This document shows, one piece after another, positions 21,609 through 31,844 of a stretch of DNA of 34,720 nucleotides (the stretch's first letter is position 1; each line of letters starts with the position of its first letter). Made by a program: the position numbers and the translations under genes. Source of the DNA: Catajapyx aquilonaris (lineage: Eukaryota); the NCBI GenBank assembly GCA_000934665.2, contig JYFJ02004104.1, positions 1 to 34,720 on the forward strand, read 5' to 3'. The notes under the pieces are model-generated. The model was not told where the DNA came from. It made no database searches and was given only the letters and a program-made list of their open reading frames with translations.

Positions 21609-21829
21609 AGCATGTTCCTTCAATGAAGGAGTCTTCACAGCCTGCTCATGTTGCAGGCCAGCGAGCACAAAGTACCCAACAGCCATGTTTTATAGTCTGT
21701 ATATCTTGATTTCTGGTCATGTTTTGTTCAGTGTTATATAAATTTTGAGCAGGGTCATTAACTAATTCACAGTCTAATACTCAGTGCTCCAATCTCAAAT
21801 AACTACACAAGGCATGATTCGTAAATTTC

Positions 21830-21835
21830 TTTATT
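21830..21835 (-). terminator. Candidate polyadenylation signal for the minus-strand (NEIL1) transcript
   Basis: Minus strand reads gTGTAtcaTGTAgctAATAAAgaaatttacgaatca followed by GU/U-rich tgccttgtgtagttattt: UGUA elements, hexamer and downstream element in canonical order. Confidence 0.45.
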
Positions 21836-22553
21836 AGCTACATGATACACTACTGGATCAGTGTCTTGAGGGATGTCAATTCTATCATCATTTGCAAAAA
21901 TCCTGTAACTGTAATGTGTGATGAGGTCAAATATTGCTTATCCAGTTCCGTTTGACTACAGCACCCAGCAGGCTGTGGAAGTCAATTCTCGGATGCGCGG
22001 GGAAAAAGAGCATAAGTCAGAAAATGTGCAAATTGAGTTGTGTGTCCTGTTATGCCATTATGGTCCTGCCAGAAGGCTGCATGTCAAGCCCTAAAACCAG
22101 ACTAGGAAAAAAATGTGCGAGCAAGGATATGTCATCTTTACAAGAAGTACAGTATTTAAGATAATCTGCTCTCCTGACAAATTAACTTTTTTGACTTATG
22201 CTCTTTTTTCCCGCGCATACGAGAATTGTGGAGCTGGAAAAGCAGATCAAGCATATTGAAGCTATGGCCTTTTTTTGCTAAGGATGGCAAATGGAGTTTG
22301 TAAATGGTTGTGTTTCCTATTAGCACATCTTGCCATGTATCTTGTCCTGCTCGCTCTGACTTGTAAAGCAATTTTAAGAGTACTTTTGGAGATCTTGTCC
22401 TTTTTAAAACTCATATCCCTACTGCCATCGAACAAGTGAAGGGTTCTCACATGTGATAATGCAGTAGTGCTTTCATGTAGGATATGAATTGGTGCTGTTA
22501 TCATTACGTTAGTAGTTTTATCTTGATAAGTTCACATGCAGCAATTTCTTTAA

Positions 22554-23485
22554 CCCCTTCGGCCCCAGCCACCTAGAATCTAGGCGATGAGAACTCAACC
22601 ATCAGGTACCAGCTATACCACCATTGCCTAGATTATTTTCGCTTCCGTTCCACGTGCAAATAATAACAGCTATACTTTTATATTCATGCTCTACTCAATG
22701 CAGGTGTTGGAAACAATTTTACTCACATAGAAGTCTGTAAATTGATTTCCAAAAAGATCGCGGCACAGTATACCCACTATATTTCCACATAGATTTTCCA
22801 TCCTGTTCAACTTACAAGTACTCGGAAGGTAAGGGCAAGATATTTAACAAATAGTAACAGCTATACTTACCCGTTCATGCAAAACACAACGTATGTAACA
22901 CATGTATTGGAAACCACTTTCCTTGGCTATAAGTCCATAAATTAATTTCCAAAAATATCGCTGTAAAATATGAAAATCCATGTACTATCGGCCAAGTGTT
23001 AGGCTCATTTAATTATGAAATATGTTAAAATATACGGAATAACAATCATGAGAACCATGCCAGATGAATTTGCTGAAATCATCGTACTTTTCAAGAAATA
23101 AGTAAATTGGAGAGTTATCCGAAGTGACAGGCACGCAACAGAAAAGTATTTATTTCTCGGAAAGTACAACGATTTCACCGAAGTCTTCTGGCATGGTTTT
23201 CAAGATTTGTTATTCCGTATATTTTAACGTATTTCATAATTAAATCAGCCTAACAGTACTCGAATTTCAAGTTTTTACAGCAACACTTTTGGAAATTAAT
23301 TTAGGGACTTTTATGGGTGGAAAATTGCTTCCAACACATTAGTGTTTTCCACGAATGGATAAGTATACCAGTTATTATTTGTAAAATATCTTGTTTGTAT
23401 CTTCAGCGGAAAACTAGGCGATGGAGCTGGTACTGCGTGGTCGAGTTCTCATCACCATGATTCGAGGTGGCTGAGGCTGAAAGGG
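22554..23485. mobile_element. piggyBac-type foldback element between the two convergent stop codons
   Basis: TTAA|CCCCTTCGGCCCCAGCCACC...GGTGGCTGAGGCTGAAAGGG|TTAA; long internal inverted arms (~22830-23100 vs 23150-23400). Confidence 0.85.
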
Positions 23486-23822
23486 TTAAGAACAATGTTG
23501 AAAAGTTCCAAGAGTAATTTCCCCCCCCCTCATTTGGTGTGATTTTGCTTTTTCTGATAGAATTCAGTTTAATTATTGCTAATGTGTTAATTTTTTTACT
23601 AAGATGTATGTAACAATTAAGCTATGTGGCGAGTTGTAAACAGATTTGTTTGACACATCAGCTTTCAGTGATCTCCCTATATGTACAGGTTTTTGGTTTT
23701 TTTTGTGTGCAGGGGTTTGATTTTTTTTGAGATGTAATCAAGGGGGAGGGGAAACAAAAAAAATGGAGAATAAATAGGAACATTTCCGAATATTGTCTTA
23801 TACTTTGAGACCCACCACATGT

Positions 23823-24043
23823 TTAGGCCATTTTCGTTCTGGACCTGGTCACTCGACCTGAGGTTACTCTCTCTTTTATCATGCTGGATTGTGGGGATGA
23901 AGTGGTGTTCTTGACCTTTGCAGCAGAATAGTCCAATTCACCTTTCTTGGTCTTTTTGGGGGCTTTCTTGGAACTGGCTGTTTCCATGGAAGAATCTGAG
24001 TTGACTTCAGTAATTTTCCGCTTTTTGGGAATTACTTTGCCTC
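23823..24043 (-). CDS. NEIL1: NEIL1 exon 4 (terminal; basic disordered tail with KKRK NLS-like motif)
   Basis: Acceptor atgttttctcttcag|GA completes the phase-1 Gly from exon 3; open to TAA. A K/R/S-rich tail is typical of NEIL1 C-termini. Confidence 0.75.
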
Positions 24044-24102
24044 CTGAAGAGAAAACATATGTAGCATTACAATATAATGCCATTTGAGTTACACTGAGGT
24101 GA

Positions 24103-24360
24103 CTATGGGACTTCTGACATCCCAAGCAAAAACCCAGCACATGCAAAAACCATGTATGTTGAGCTGAGCATACCACTGCACTTCCCTTTATGCGCCCCAC
24201 CTCGTTTCTCTACGAGTCTCCGTTCCAAAGTTAGGGGCATAGTAAAACCATGTATGTATATCCTTTTCAATGGAAAGTGAAAACTTCAAATGTGCTTATC
24301 TCGAAATGACAAAAACCACACATACAGGGTTTTTGCTTGGGATGTCAGACTTGTCCATAG
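24103..24360. mobile_element. MITE close to the NEIL1 exon 4 acceptor
   Basis: TIR core TCTGACATCCCAAGCAAAAACCC / GGGTTTTTGCTTGGGATGTCAGA with outer CTATGG/CCATAG. Confidence 0.75.
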
Positions 24361-24508
24361 CCTATATGGCCAAGTGATTCAGACTTGAGTCAGCCTATAC
24401 AGGATGACTCTCAAGTCACAATACATAGGTAATTAAATTGCATTGTTGGTTTCCAGTTGTGCCAACTCAATCCTTACTGACAGTGAGTGTCATCAATCTG
24501 CTAGTTGG

Positions 24509-25744
24509 GGGGAGGCGGAGTGGTGCTGCAGGAACGTACGCGCCCACAGATGTCAGGGTCCCAGGTTCGATACCAAGCCCGGGTATCTGCCCCTTCATCT
24601 CGTGCAGAGTTGGGTCGTCTCTGGCTTCGTCTCGGGTGGGACTCCTGAGACTAACCACCCGGGGGAGTTCACAAAATGTACCATTTGAGACATTGCAGGG
24701 CAATTCCACGAAAGGGCGGACATGGGGTGCGGTTCTTACATCTTGACGCAGTTGGAATCTGAGTGACTAAAACCGATAGCATGGGGACCATGGTTTTCTT
24801 AGACATGTTAGTTTGTGACAGTATCATTCCCAACAACACAGTATTATTCCCAGAGTATCTAAGCGTGCGCTCTGTGATATCCGTTCGGCTAATGCGCATT
24901 GCCAGCTGGTTATTCGCTGTAGCGATATGTGAAAGGAAGAGAGACAGACGTTTTCATATAATTCAAGGGCACAAAATGCAACATCGACCTGTGCAATCAC
25001 TTTGCTGTATTCATGAATGTGTGACCTTCCACAGCCACACCAAAAGGTAACCAAAGGTCAAAAACTGACCTAGTTCCTATTTCAGTGCAGCGGAGCCATA
25101 ATAAGATTATGAATTCACAGACATTCCAATCTCCAAAAATTTATGCTACTCCCAGTAAATCGCTGTAGGTTGTACGTAACGATGCCGGGTGGTACGTAAC
25201 GGGTGGATATCTCAAATGTTTTCACGTTCAAAATGAGAATTCTCCCAATCTAATGGCATGATGAGGTTCCTCGCACCCTACTGCCCCACATGCACTTGAG
25301 CTTCGAAACCTGTGCTGTCAAATTTCGCAGAGTTTCCCCCTAGTTGCATATACCCCAGAAACTGGTGTCCAATGACGGATTGTACGTAACGAGATTTCAG
25401 ACAATCGCACACGCGTGGATGGCCATCGAAAGAAATTTCCATGATGTCCGTCACCTTCACATTTCTGCGCTGCATCTGATTTTCATAACAGTTAATCTAT
25501 TACTGCAAGTACCTAGCCGCGGTGGACTCCTAAACAACTCAATACAGCTTCCGATTGTCTGTACGTAACGCGTGGAATTGCCCTGCACATCCCCTCCCAC
25601 TCATCCCCCCTTCGCTGGCAGTACCCGGGCGTTACGGAAAAGGTCCAACCTGTACTAGCTTGTACACCTAAAGCTAATAAAGGTACCGTGCCAGATGCCC
25701 ATCAACGGGCGGTGCACTAACCAAATTATTATTAAATTATTGTA
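24509..25744 (+). mobile_element. tRNA-derived SINE (core type B), interrupted by a Sola2-like element
   Basis: Perfect 14-bp TSD aatctgctagttgg (24495-24508 / 25745-25758), B box GGTTCGATACC, (ATT)n tail. Body matches the SINE at 8167. Confidence 0.88.
24698..25583. mobile_element. Sola2-like non-autonomous DNA transposon
   Basis: TGCA|GGGCAATTCCACG...CGTGGAATTGCCC|TGCA; internal repeated GTACGTAACG motif. Confidence 0.75.
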
Positions 25745-26113
25745 AATCTGCTAGTTGGCACAACTGGAAACCAACAATACAATCCAATTACATGTGTCCT
25801 GACTTTAGAGTTATACTGTACTGCTAGCGACATTTTCCAAAGCAGCAGGAGGAGGAATCTTTCTCGCCCGGCTTGCAGGATCCTTATCTTCGATTCCTTC
25901 TTCTGCCGCTTTGGAAAATGTCGCTAGCATGCCTCGATTTATGACCAACACTGTACATGCAAACATTGCTCCATCAGAATCTGAAGTCTTAAATGGAGTT
26001 CAGTATGGGCTTCAAAATCCAGATTAGTGTATTATGAGATTCGATATTCCAAAAGTTGGAGAGCTTTCCAATGTTTCATGTGAAAGATGGTAGAACATGC
26101 ACCCTGACATGTA

Positions 26114-26201
26114 CTATGGGCACCAAAAGAATTGACCGGAGTTGATGGGTATATGGCGCTATATACCCATCAACTCCAGTCAATTCTTTTGGCGCCCATA
26201 G
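26114..26201. mobile_element. 88-bp near-perfect palindromic MITE
   Basis: TA|CTATGGGCACCAAAAGAATTGACCGGAGTTGATGGGTATAT...ATATACCCATCAACTCCAGTCAATTCTTTTGGCGCCCATAG|TA. Confidence 0.85.
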
Positions 26202-26324
26202 TACAAACTGAAAATCAGTACATCCATGAGCTTGTAGATAGGTGAATTTGAATCAGGTGGCGAGATGTCTGATCCATATTGTTATGTATTTATCTCAAAT
26301 TTACAATAAATTCAATACACTGTA

Positions 26325-26486
26325 CAGTGCTGGCCATATATGGAGGCAACGACTAGCGACATTTTCCCGAAGCAGCAGAAGAAGGAATCGAAGATAAGCA
26401 TGCTACAAGCCGGGCGAGCAAGATTCCTTCTTCAGCCGCTTCGGAAAAATGTCGCTAGTCGTTGCCTCCATATATGGCCAGCACTG
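26325..26486. mobile_element. ~160-bp TA MITE inserted in the TIR of a Tigger-like element
   Basis: TA|CAGTGCTGGCCATATATGGAGGCAAC...GTTGCCTCCATATATGGCCAGCACTG|TA. The flanks rejoin to CACTGTACTCC.GATTATC, as at 33658. Confidence 0.88.
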
Positions 26487-26586
26487 TACTCCTGATTATC
26501 TGAGCTAATGACTGCACGGGTGTTGCTGGATTATCGGAAAATGGTCCTTGACAGCCTAAAAAAAAGCTATTCACAGGTTATTAATG

Positions 26587-26803
26587 CAGTGGTTTCCAAC
26601 CTTTTACCAACTGCGACCCCCTAAACATGTTTCCATAAATGTGTGACCCCCCCCCCCCCGGCCCCTTCTACAACTGCCCCATTTCCAGAAAACATACACT
26701 CTGTACGGCCGCAAAAATGGTTCAATTTACACAGAAATTGCCAAAAAAAAAAAGTTGAACAAAGGCTCGTGACCCCCCTCGACCCCCAGGTTGGAAACCA
26801 CTG
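26587..26803. mobile_element. hAT-Charlie-type MITE
   Basis: TIR CAGTGGTTTCCAACC; perfect 8-bp TSD tattaatg. Confidence 0.92.
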
Positions 26804-27023
26804 TATTAATGTAATACTGTGCAAAGTGTATGCTGCTTGGTTTAATCAAAATAATAAAACTTACCATAGATTTTTTACTTTGTCTTCTAGTGAGACATTG
26901 AGAGTGGCTGGAATTTGCGTCCCACTGCTAGTTACTGCTAACTTAGCAGTACCAGTGTTGGCAACAGTTAGCAATATCTAGCAGTGGGACAAAAATTCGA
27001 TACATTTTTTCATCCATTTCGAT

Positions 27024-27197
27024 CTTCAATGAGCAGGAAGGCCCTTTTGAGAGAGCCAGACAATGTGGCAGCCCCGCAACGGCTGCCTGGACCAGCCGTT
27101 ATGGGGGAGTGAGGCGGGGAAGAGCAGCAGGCAGGCAGCCATTGTGGTGCTGCCACATCGTCTGGCTCTCTCGAAAGGGCCTTCCTGATCATTGAAG
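27024..27197. repeat. GC-rich hairpin with ~65-bp arms
   Basis: CTTCAATGAGCAGGAAGGCCCTTT..GGCTGCCTG pairs with CAGGCAGCC..AAAGGGCCTTCCTGATCATTGAAG; no clear TSD. Confidence 0.8.
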
Positions 27198-27624
27198 GGG
27201 TCTTTTTATTCCCAAAGTTTGGCGAAACAAGGACTGCCACACATGTGCCCTTTTACAGACATTTAGTATAAGGATGTAAAACACTGTAGAGGCGGCAAAT
27301 CTCACACGCACCGACATGGAAAGGAGTGATAGCGGTTCAAAGTCAAAAAGTTTACCTCCACACAGCGGCTGCAAAAACTAAGACAGAAGAAAAATAAAAG
27401 CAGCACCTGAAAATTCAATCCTTTCCCGACCAGATACTCAAGTTTCATGCCGATACCTCCATATTTGTGCCCGCCACAGCAAGAGGAAGAAGTGGGAAGA
27501 AGAGTCTAACTAGCATGATGTGCCTTGGCAGGCAGCCAACTCGCTGCGAAGGGAAGGTGAGAGCGCGCTCTAAGTCCAAATCAAATGGGCATAACAATAC
27601 AGTCTCGGCCACAGGCCAAGAAAA

Positions 27625-27695
27625 GCACAAGCGAAGTGACTGGTTTTCTAGGCCTGCGCCATAGAAAAATGCGAGCGAAGCGAGGGTTTTTCTAG
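27625..27695 (+). mobile_element. Helitron-like 3' terminus (apparently duplicated)
   Basis: GCGAGCGAAGCGAGGGTTTTTCTAG|T has a GCGAAGC mini-hairpin ~10 nt before CTAG. A degenerate copy AAGCGAAGTGACTGGTTTTCTAG lies just upstream. Confidence 0.5.
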
Positions 27696-27724
27696 TGTCT
27701 TATAATGTGGATGGATCAAAATAT

Positions 27725-28263
27725 GAGGATGCGCCCACCAAAAGCGGCTATCTTTGCCAAACCATATTCCGAGAAAATGCCAATTTTGTAGATTCATTTT
27801 TTTTTTTAAAATAATGGATACCCCGTGATAGGCCCCTTGGGCCTCTTAGGGGATCATCTTTTGAAAACCCGACTTTAATCATTTGCCTGAAATGTGATGG
27901 ATTTTGATAGTGGGAGGAAACGGGAGAACCCCGAGAAAACCCACACGAACACGGAGAGAACCCATCGAAACTCTATCCACATAAGTATCCTCCGTCCGAC
28001 CCGGGGATCGAACTCGGGACCTTAGAGGTGGAAGGCTGCGGCGCTAACCACTCGGCCACCGTGTCGCCCTTAATTGTAGATTCAATTTGCATGTCTGTAA
28101 ATGGGATTTCCAGATTTCATCCTCTTGTTATGGCTCCAAAAAAAATGCATTTCGAACTGGCTCTTTGGCCCATTAGGTGCGCCTTTACATGAAGATTTTA
28201 ATGGTGGTGTTAACTCAAAAACAACAAAAATCAAAGATAGCCGCTTTTGGTGGACGCCTCCTC
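27725..28263. mobile_element. Sola2-like non-autonomous DNA transposon hosting a SINE
   Basis: ATAT|GAGGATGCGCCCACCAAAAGCGGCTATCTTTG...CAAAGATAGCCGCTTTTGGTGGACGCCTCCTC|ATAT. Confidence 0.8.
27808..28070 (-). mobile_element. Full-length tRNA-derived SINE with V-SINE-like core
   Basis: A box TGGCCGAGTGG, B box GAGTTCGATCCC. Core GTTCTCTCCGTGTTCGTGTGGGTTTTCTCGGGGTTCTCCCGTTTCCTCCCAC resembles the V-SINE domain. TSD ttgtagattca on both sides. Confidence 0.85.
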
Positions 28264-28599
28264 ATATCTGGCAGGGGTGAGGGTTTGAATAGGAAAGTGG
28301 AGGCCGCGAATTTTACGAGACGATCTTCTGGGGTTGTTAACGAAAAAGAATGGCAAGCACTGCTGCAGCTTGCAAGTTCAATGACATGAACCAAATTACT
28401 AGAAATCTGGGCGTCACATTCTGGAACTCACTTTCAGCTTTCTGACTCCTGAGAGATTGGAAGGATGTTAGGAATTGAACCCACATTTCCATGTCCATAA
28501 GCTGAGAATATCAAATTAGTAGTTGGGAGGCATAATTCTGGACTACAGGCAGTAGGGCCTACTATAAATCTAATACACACACACATTCACGATACTCTT

Positions 28600-28936
28600 G
28601 TCTTGACTAAGGCGTGGGGACGGACATTGATCACTTTTCACTGCGAGTGTAAACTGATCTAACCTAACCTAACCTTACCTAACCTAACCTTACCTAACCT
28701 ATCCTACCTAACCTACCCTACCCTAAGTAACCTAGGCTGAGAAAAATGGACTTTTGTGAAAACCTACAAATGAAAATAGTGGGGACATGTCCCCACTAAT
28801 TTACACATGTCCCCACTGTAATGGTACACTTCGCGTGTGTGAGACTGTGGGGACCGACAAATGTCCCCACAATTGGAACTGGTCCCCACAGCTACAGTAA
28901 AACCACAGACTTCCGTCCCCACACCTTAGTCAAGAC
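28600..28936. mobile_element. MITE-like element with an internal (CCTAA)n tract and GTGGGGAC/GTCCCCAC repeats
   Basis: Inverted repeat GTCTTGACTAAGG(C/T)GTGGGGACGGA; (CCTAA)n at 28659-28733; short (CA)n on the left. Confidence 0.75.
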
Positions 28937-29050
28937 CTGATCATGAAGGGGAATCGTGTAGGTTGGAAATGTGTGGCGGAAATAATTCAGTCTGCTGCAC
29001 CCATCCTGCTACCCACTGACGTAAGACATGAGCAGCAATACTGCACATAC

Positions 29051-29325
29051 CTTTAGGAGCAAGTTTCCCTGGCTGGTCTGGAAAGAAGACCATCCTCTTG
29101 TTGTGGTCAAACATGGAATTCATGTCCTTGTTCATGTAGCACCTAATCCATCCCATGAAAACATCCCTGTCCTCCTTGTTGCCATAGTCTCCCTTCACAT
29201 CTAACTTGACGCATTCCATGGGCACAGTGTGACATAAGTCAAGCAAGTCAGAGTCCTTGGATGACCCTTTCAGAGGTAACTGCTGCAGAACTTCCAAAGC
29301 TGGTTCAAATGGTCGGATGTTGGCA
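29051..29325 (-). CDS. NEIL1: NEIL1 exon 3 (lesion-recognition loop, zincless finger)
   Basis: ttctccttcag|T GCC AAC... to AAAG|gtatgt; 275 nt, phase 2/1. Peptide ANIRPF..DLLDLCHTVP..WIRCY..DHNKRMVFF..PGKLAPKG matches the NEIL1 C-terminal core. Confidence 0.95.
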
Positions 29326-29834
29326 CTGAAGGAGAATTGTAATCAGGTAAAACATTAATAGTGATCCATTGTTATACTTGTTGGTACTTCAAATAGCAGG
29401 CTGTCCCCAGAGCATCCCGTGATTTCTATGACGGTAGATATAAAATGTAATTCCTACATTTGCTGAAATTGATTTCATTCAAGTCACATGGGGGCAGGTT
29501 ACTTGGCCAGAATGTCCTAAAATAAGGCTAAACAGAACTGGCTAAAACTGAATAGAAATACAGGGTGGCTTGTAATTAGTGCAGCAAACATCTAGGGTGA
29601 ATTCCTGGTCACAAGTGGATAACTTCACGTGAAGGTGTCAATTGGACTTGGTCTGCACTACTACTTATGTATTGTGCATTGTAACATACCCAGGATCCTT
29701 TTTTATGCATGGCTAATAAAATATTCTGCAAATAGCACTAAGCAAGAAATAATGCACTTGAAAAATATGCAATTTTCAAAGTTGAAAGTATTTTAGACTT
29801 GTTTGATATTTTCTGAGTAAGGAATGAGACTAAC

Positions 29835-30095
29835 CGAAAGAGAATTTCAGATCGTAAGTAGTTCCCAATCCCATTGAAGTAGGCCTGGTTCAACATAGCC
29901 TCACAGATAGGCTTCTTCCATATGGCCATCCCATTGTTAATGTTTTCCAACACATTTTTCCGGAAAGCCTCTGGGTCCCAGAGAGGGTCAGGCCCCCTGC
30001 GATGGTCCCAGTCTCCACCTGGGGTCCATCGGCCAAAGCGGCGCTGGTCAACAAAGCTCAATACTCGTGGATCTTTTGGTTCCTTGGTGAAAAAT
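29835..30095 (-). CDS. NEIL1: NEIL1 exon 2 (H2TH motif)
   Basis: ttgtttatag|A TTT TTC... to TTTCG|gttagt; 261 nt, phase 2/2. Contains FVDQRRFGRW and KPICEAMLNQAYFNGIGNYLRSEILFR. Confidence 0.97.
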
Positions 30096-30356
30096 CTATA
30101 AACAAATGCCAAAACAATTCGTTCATATATTTTCAATGACCATGAAAATTCTATATTTGCCAAACAGCACAGCACTCCTCTTAAACTGGGAAATTTTTAA
30201 GCTGCATCTGCACTTATGTTGACCAATCCATATAGTGTTGTAAAGGCCTGGAAAATAAACAGGGGTTTCCCTGTTTTTTGTTCTCCAAGGCCATGGGAAA
30301 TTTCCATGAGCTTTTTATGAAAACCTGCATTTTTTACTACTCAGGTCTACATAAAG

Positions 30357-30664
30357 CAGTCTTTCCCAAACTGAGGGTCGTGTGAGGGATGATAATAAAT
30401 TATTGCCACAAAATGATTCATCTCTTGAAAATTATGTAAGTTACAGAACAATTAAGATATTTGACAATAGTTGTCAATGATTTTCACTGACTAACACTGT
30501 TTACCCATCTTTTCATGTTGGGAGATCAAAGTGTGCACCTCTGGGAGGATGACAAGAGAGGAGAGGTACAGTACGGTAGTGCAGACAAAATTGGAAAGTA
30601 GGGGTCGCGAATTCTGCGAGACGATTTTCTGGGGTTGCCAATGAAAAAAAATTGGGAAGCACTG
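30357..30664. mobile_element. Older hAT-Charlie-type MITE
   Basis: CAGTCTTTCCCAAACT...AATTGGGAAGCACTG; degenerate TSD acataaag/agaaaaag. Confidence 0.65.
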
Positions 30665-31085
30665 AGAAAAAGGAACTTTTCCATTTTTAAACAAGTTTGG
30701 TTTGACCAATGACAAAAAGTCACTTGGCTTCATTTTAATTCATAACATTTCATTGTAAAGAATGTAAACCACATAATTTGTGGTAGGCTCACAGGTCAAA
30801 CAAACCCATACTGTACTTTGAAGTGGGTCTAATGATTGCTTTTTAATGCTTATGTTGAATAATTTTTATCCAAGTCCTCAAAAAACTTATGAAACATTTA
30901 CTTGACTATTATTTTGGTCTTAAACCCAATCAGTGAGAGAATCCTTTGCAAAATATGCTGTTGCAATGACTGGGTCAGGGTTAGGGCTAACTCCATAGTT
31001 AATATTCCTTATGTTCATACCAGTGATACCACAGAACTTGTACCTGGTTGTAACAAAGCAAATTAGGGAATATCTGTGGTTACAC

Positions 31086-31804
31086 ACATATCACCGAAAA
31101 AGAATGTCCCCAATTTTAAAACCCTCTAACTTGAAAACTTGTACACATATCTAAATGATTTAAGTTTTGAAATGTCAAGAAATGTCGAAAGTTTTTGTCT
31201 CATCTTAGTTTGTTTCAATATGAGCTTCATTTGTCGCTCAGCAGATGAAAAAGGTGGTATTTGGTGTCGTGCCAAACCTGCTCAATCATGTCTGGAGTTA
31301 CCATTGTGATACCATAGGTGCTGGATATGATGGGCCTTTACACCACACACATTGTTCTTGATGATGCACATAAAAAGTGGCCCATCCACGAAACAAACCT
31401 GCCGTATAGGGAAGTTTCATTTGTTGAGCCTCCCAAGTGTGGGAAGTCTTGAATGAGAAGTATCCCCTTGCGGCCTTGCCTATCATTCCCAGAAGTCCAG
31501 ATCTTACCCCGATGGACTTTTTGTGGAGATACGTGCATGGTGAAATGGTTCAGTATCTCCAGCACACACGGGATAAGATTTCAATGGTAATGCCATACAT
31601 GCCTGAATGGGTTAGGCATAACACCAATTACCGTATTTACATTTTCCAAGGGGCAAATGGAACTCATATCAAAACAAACTATAGCAAGACCAAAACGTTA
31701 GACATTTCTTAGCATTTCAAAACTTAAATCATTCAGATACGTATGTCTACCAGTTTTCAAGTTATACGGTTTAAAAATTGGGACATTCTTTTTCGATGAC
31801 CCTG
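31086..31804. mobile_element. Tc1/mariner-superfamily foldback element with a duplicated transposase 3' end
   Basis: Arms ~31086-31310 and ~31580-31804 are inverted; right end CCCTG|TA. Plus strand encodes decayed VWEVLNEKYP..PRSPDLTPMDFLW.YV..NGTHIK (PRSPDLTP motif). Confidence 0.85.
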
Positions 31805-31844
31805 TATTTATAGTACATAGGCTACATGAGATTTTCTCCTTAAT

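Larger units (their letters stand above)
24400..25818. mobile_element. Tc1/mariner-type hairpin MITE split by SINE and Sola2 insertions
   Basis: TA|CAGGATGACTCT...AGAGTTATACTG|TA; arms ATTGTTGGTTTCCAGTTGTGCCAACT / AGTTGGCACAACTGGAAACCAACAAT. Confidence 0.8.

Noticed and set aside
27990..28070. tRNA genes (also near 16720-16789, 24510-24590, 32100-32176)
   Set aside because: A/B boxes are present, but they continue into SINE bodies with tails and TSDs, and no complete cloverleaf is evident.
28659..28733. True telomere or chromosome fusion scar
   Set aside because: The tract is short, degenerate, in one orientation only, and enclosed within the inverted repeats of a small element.
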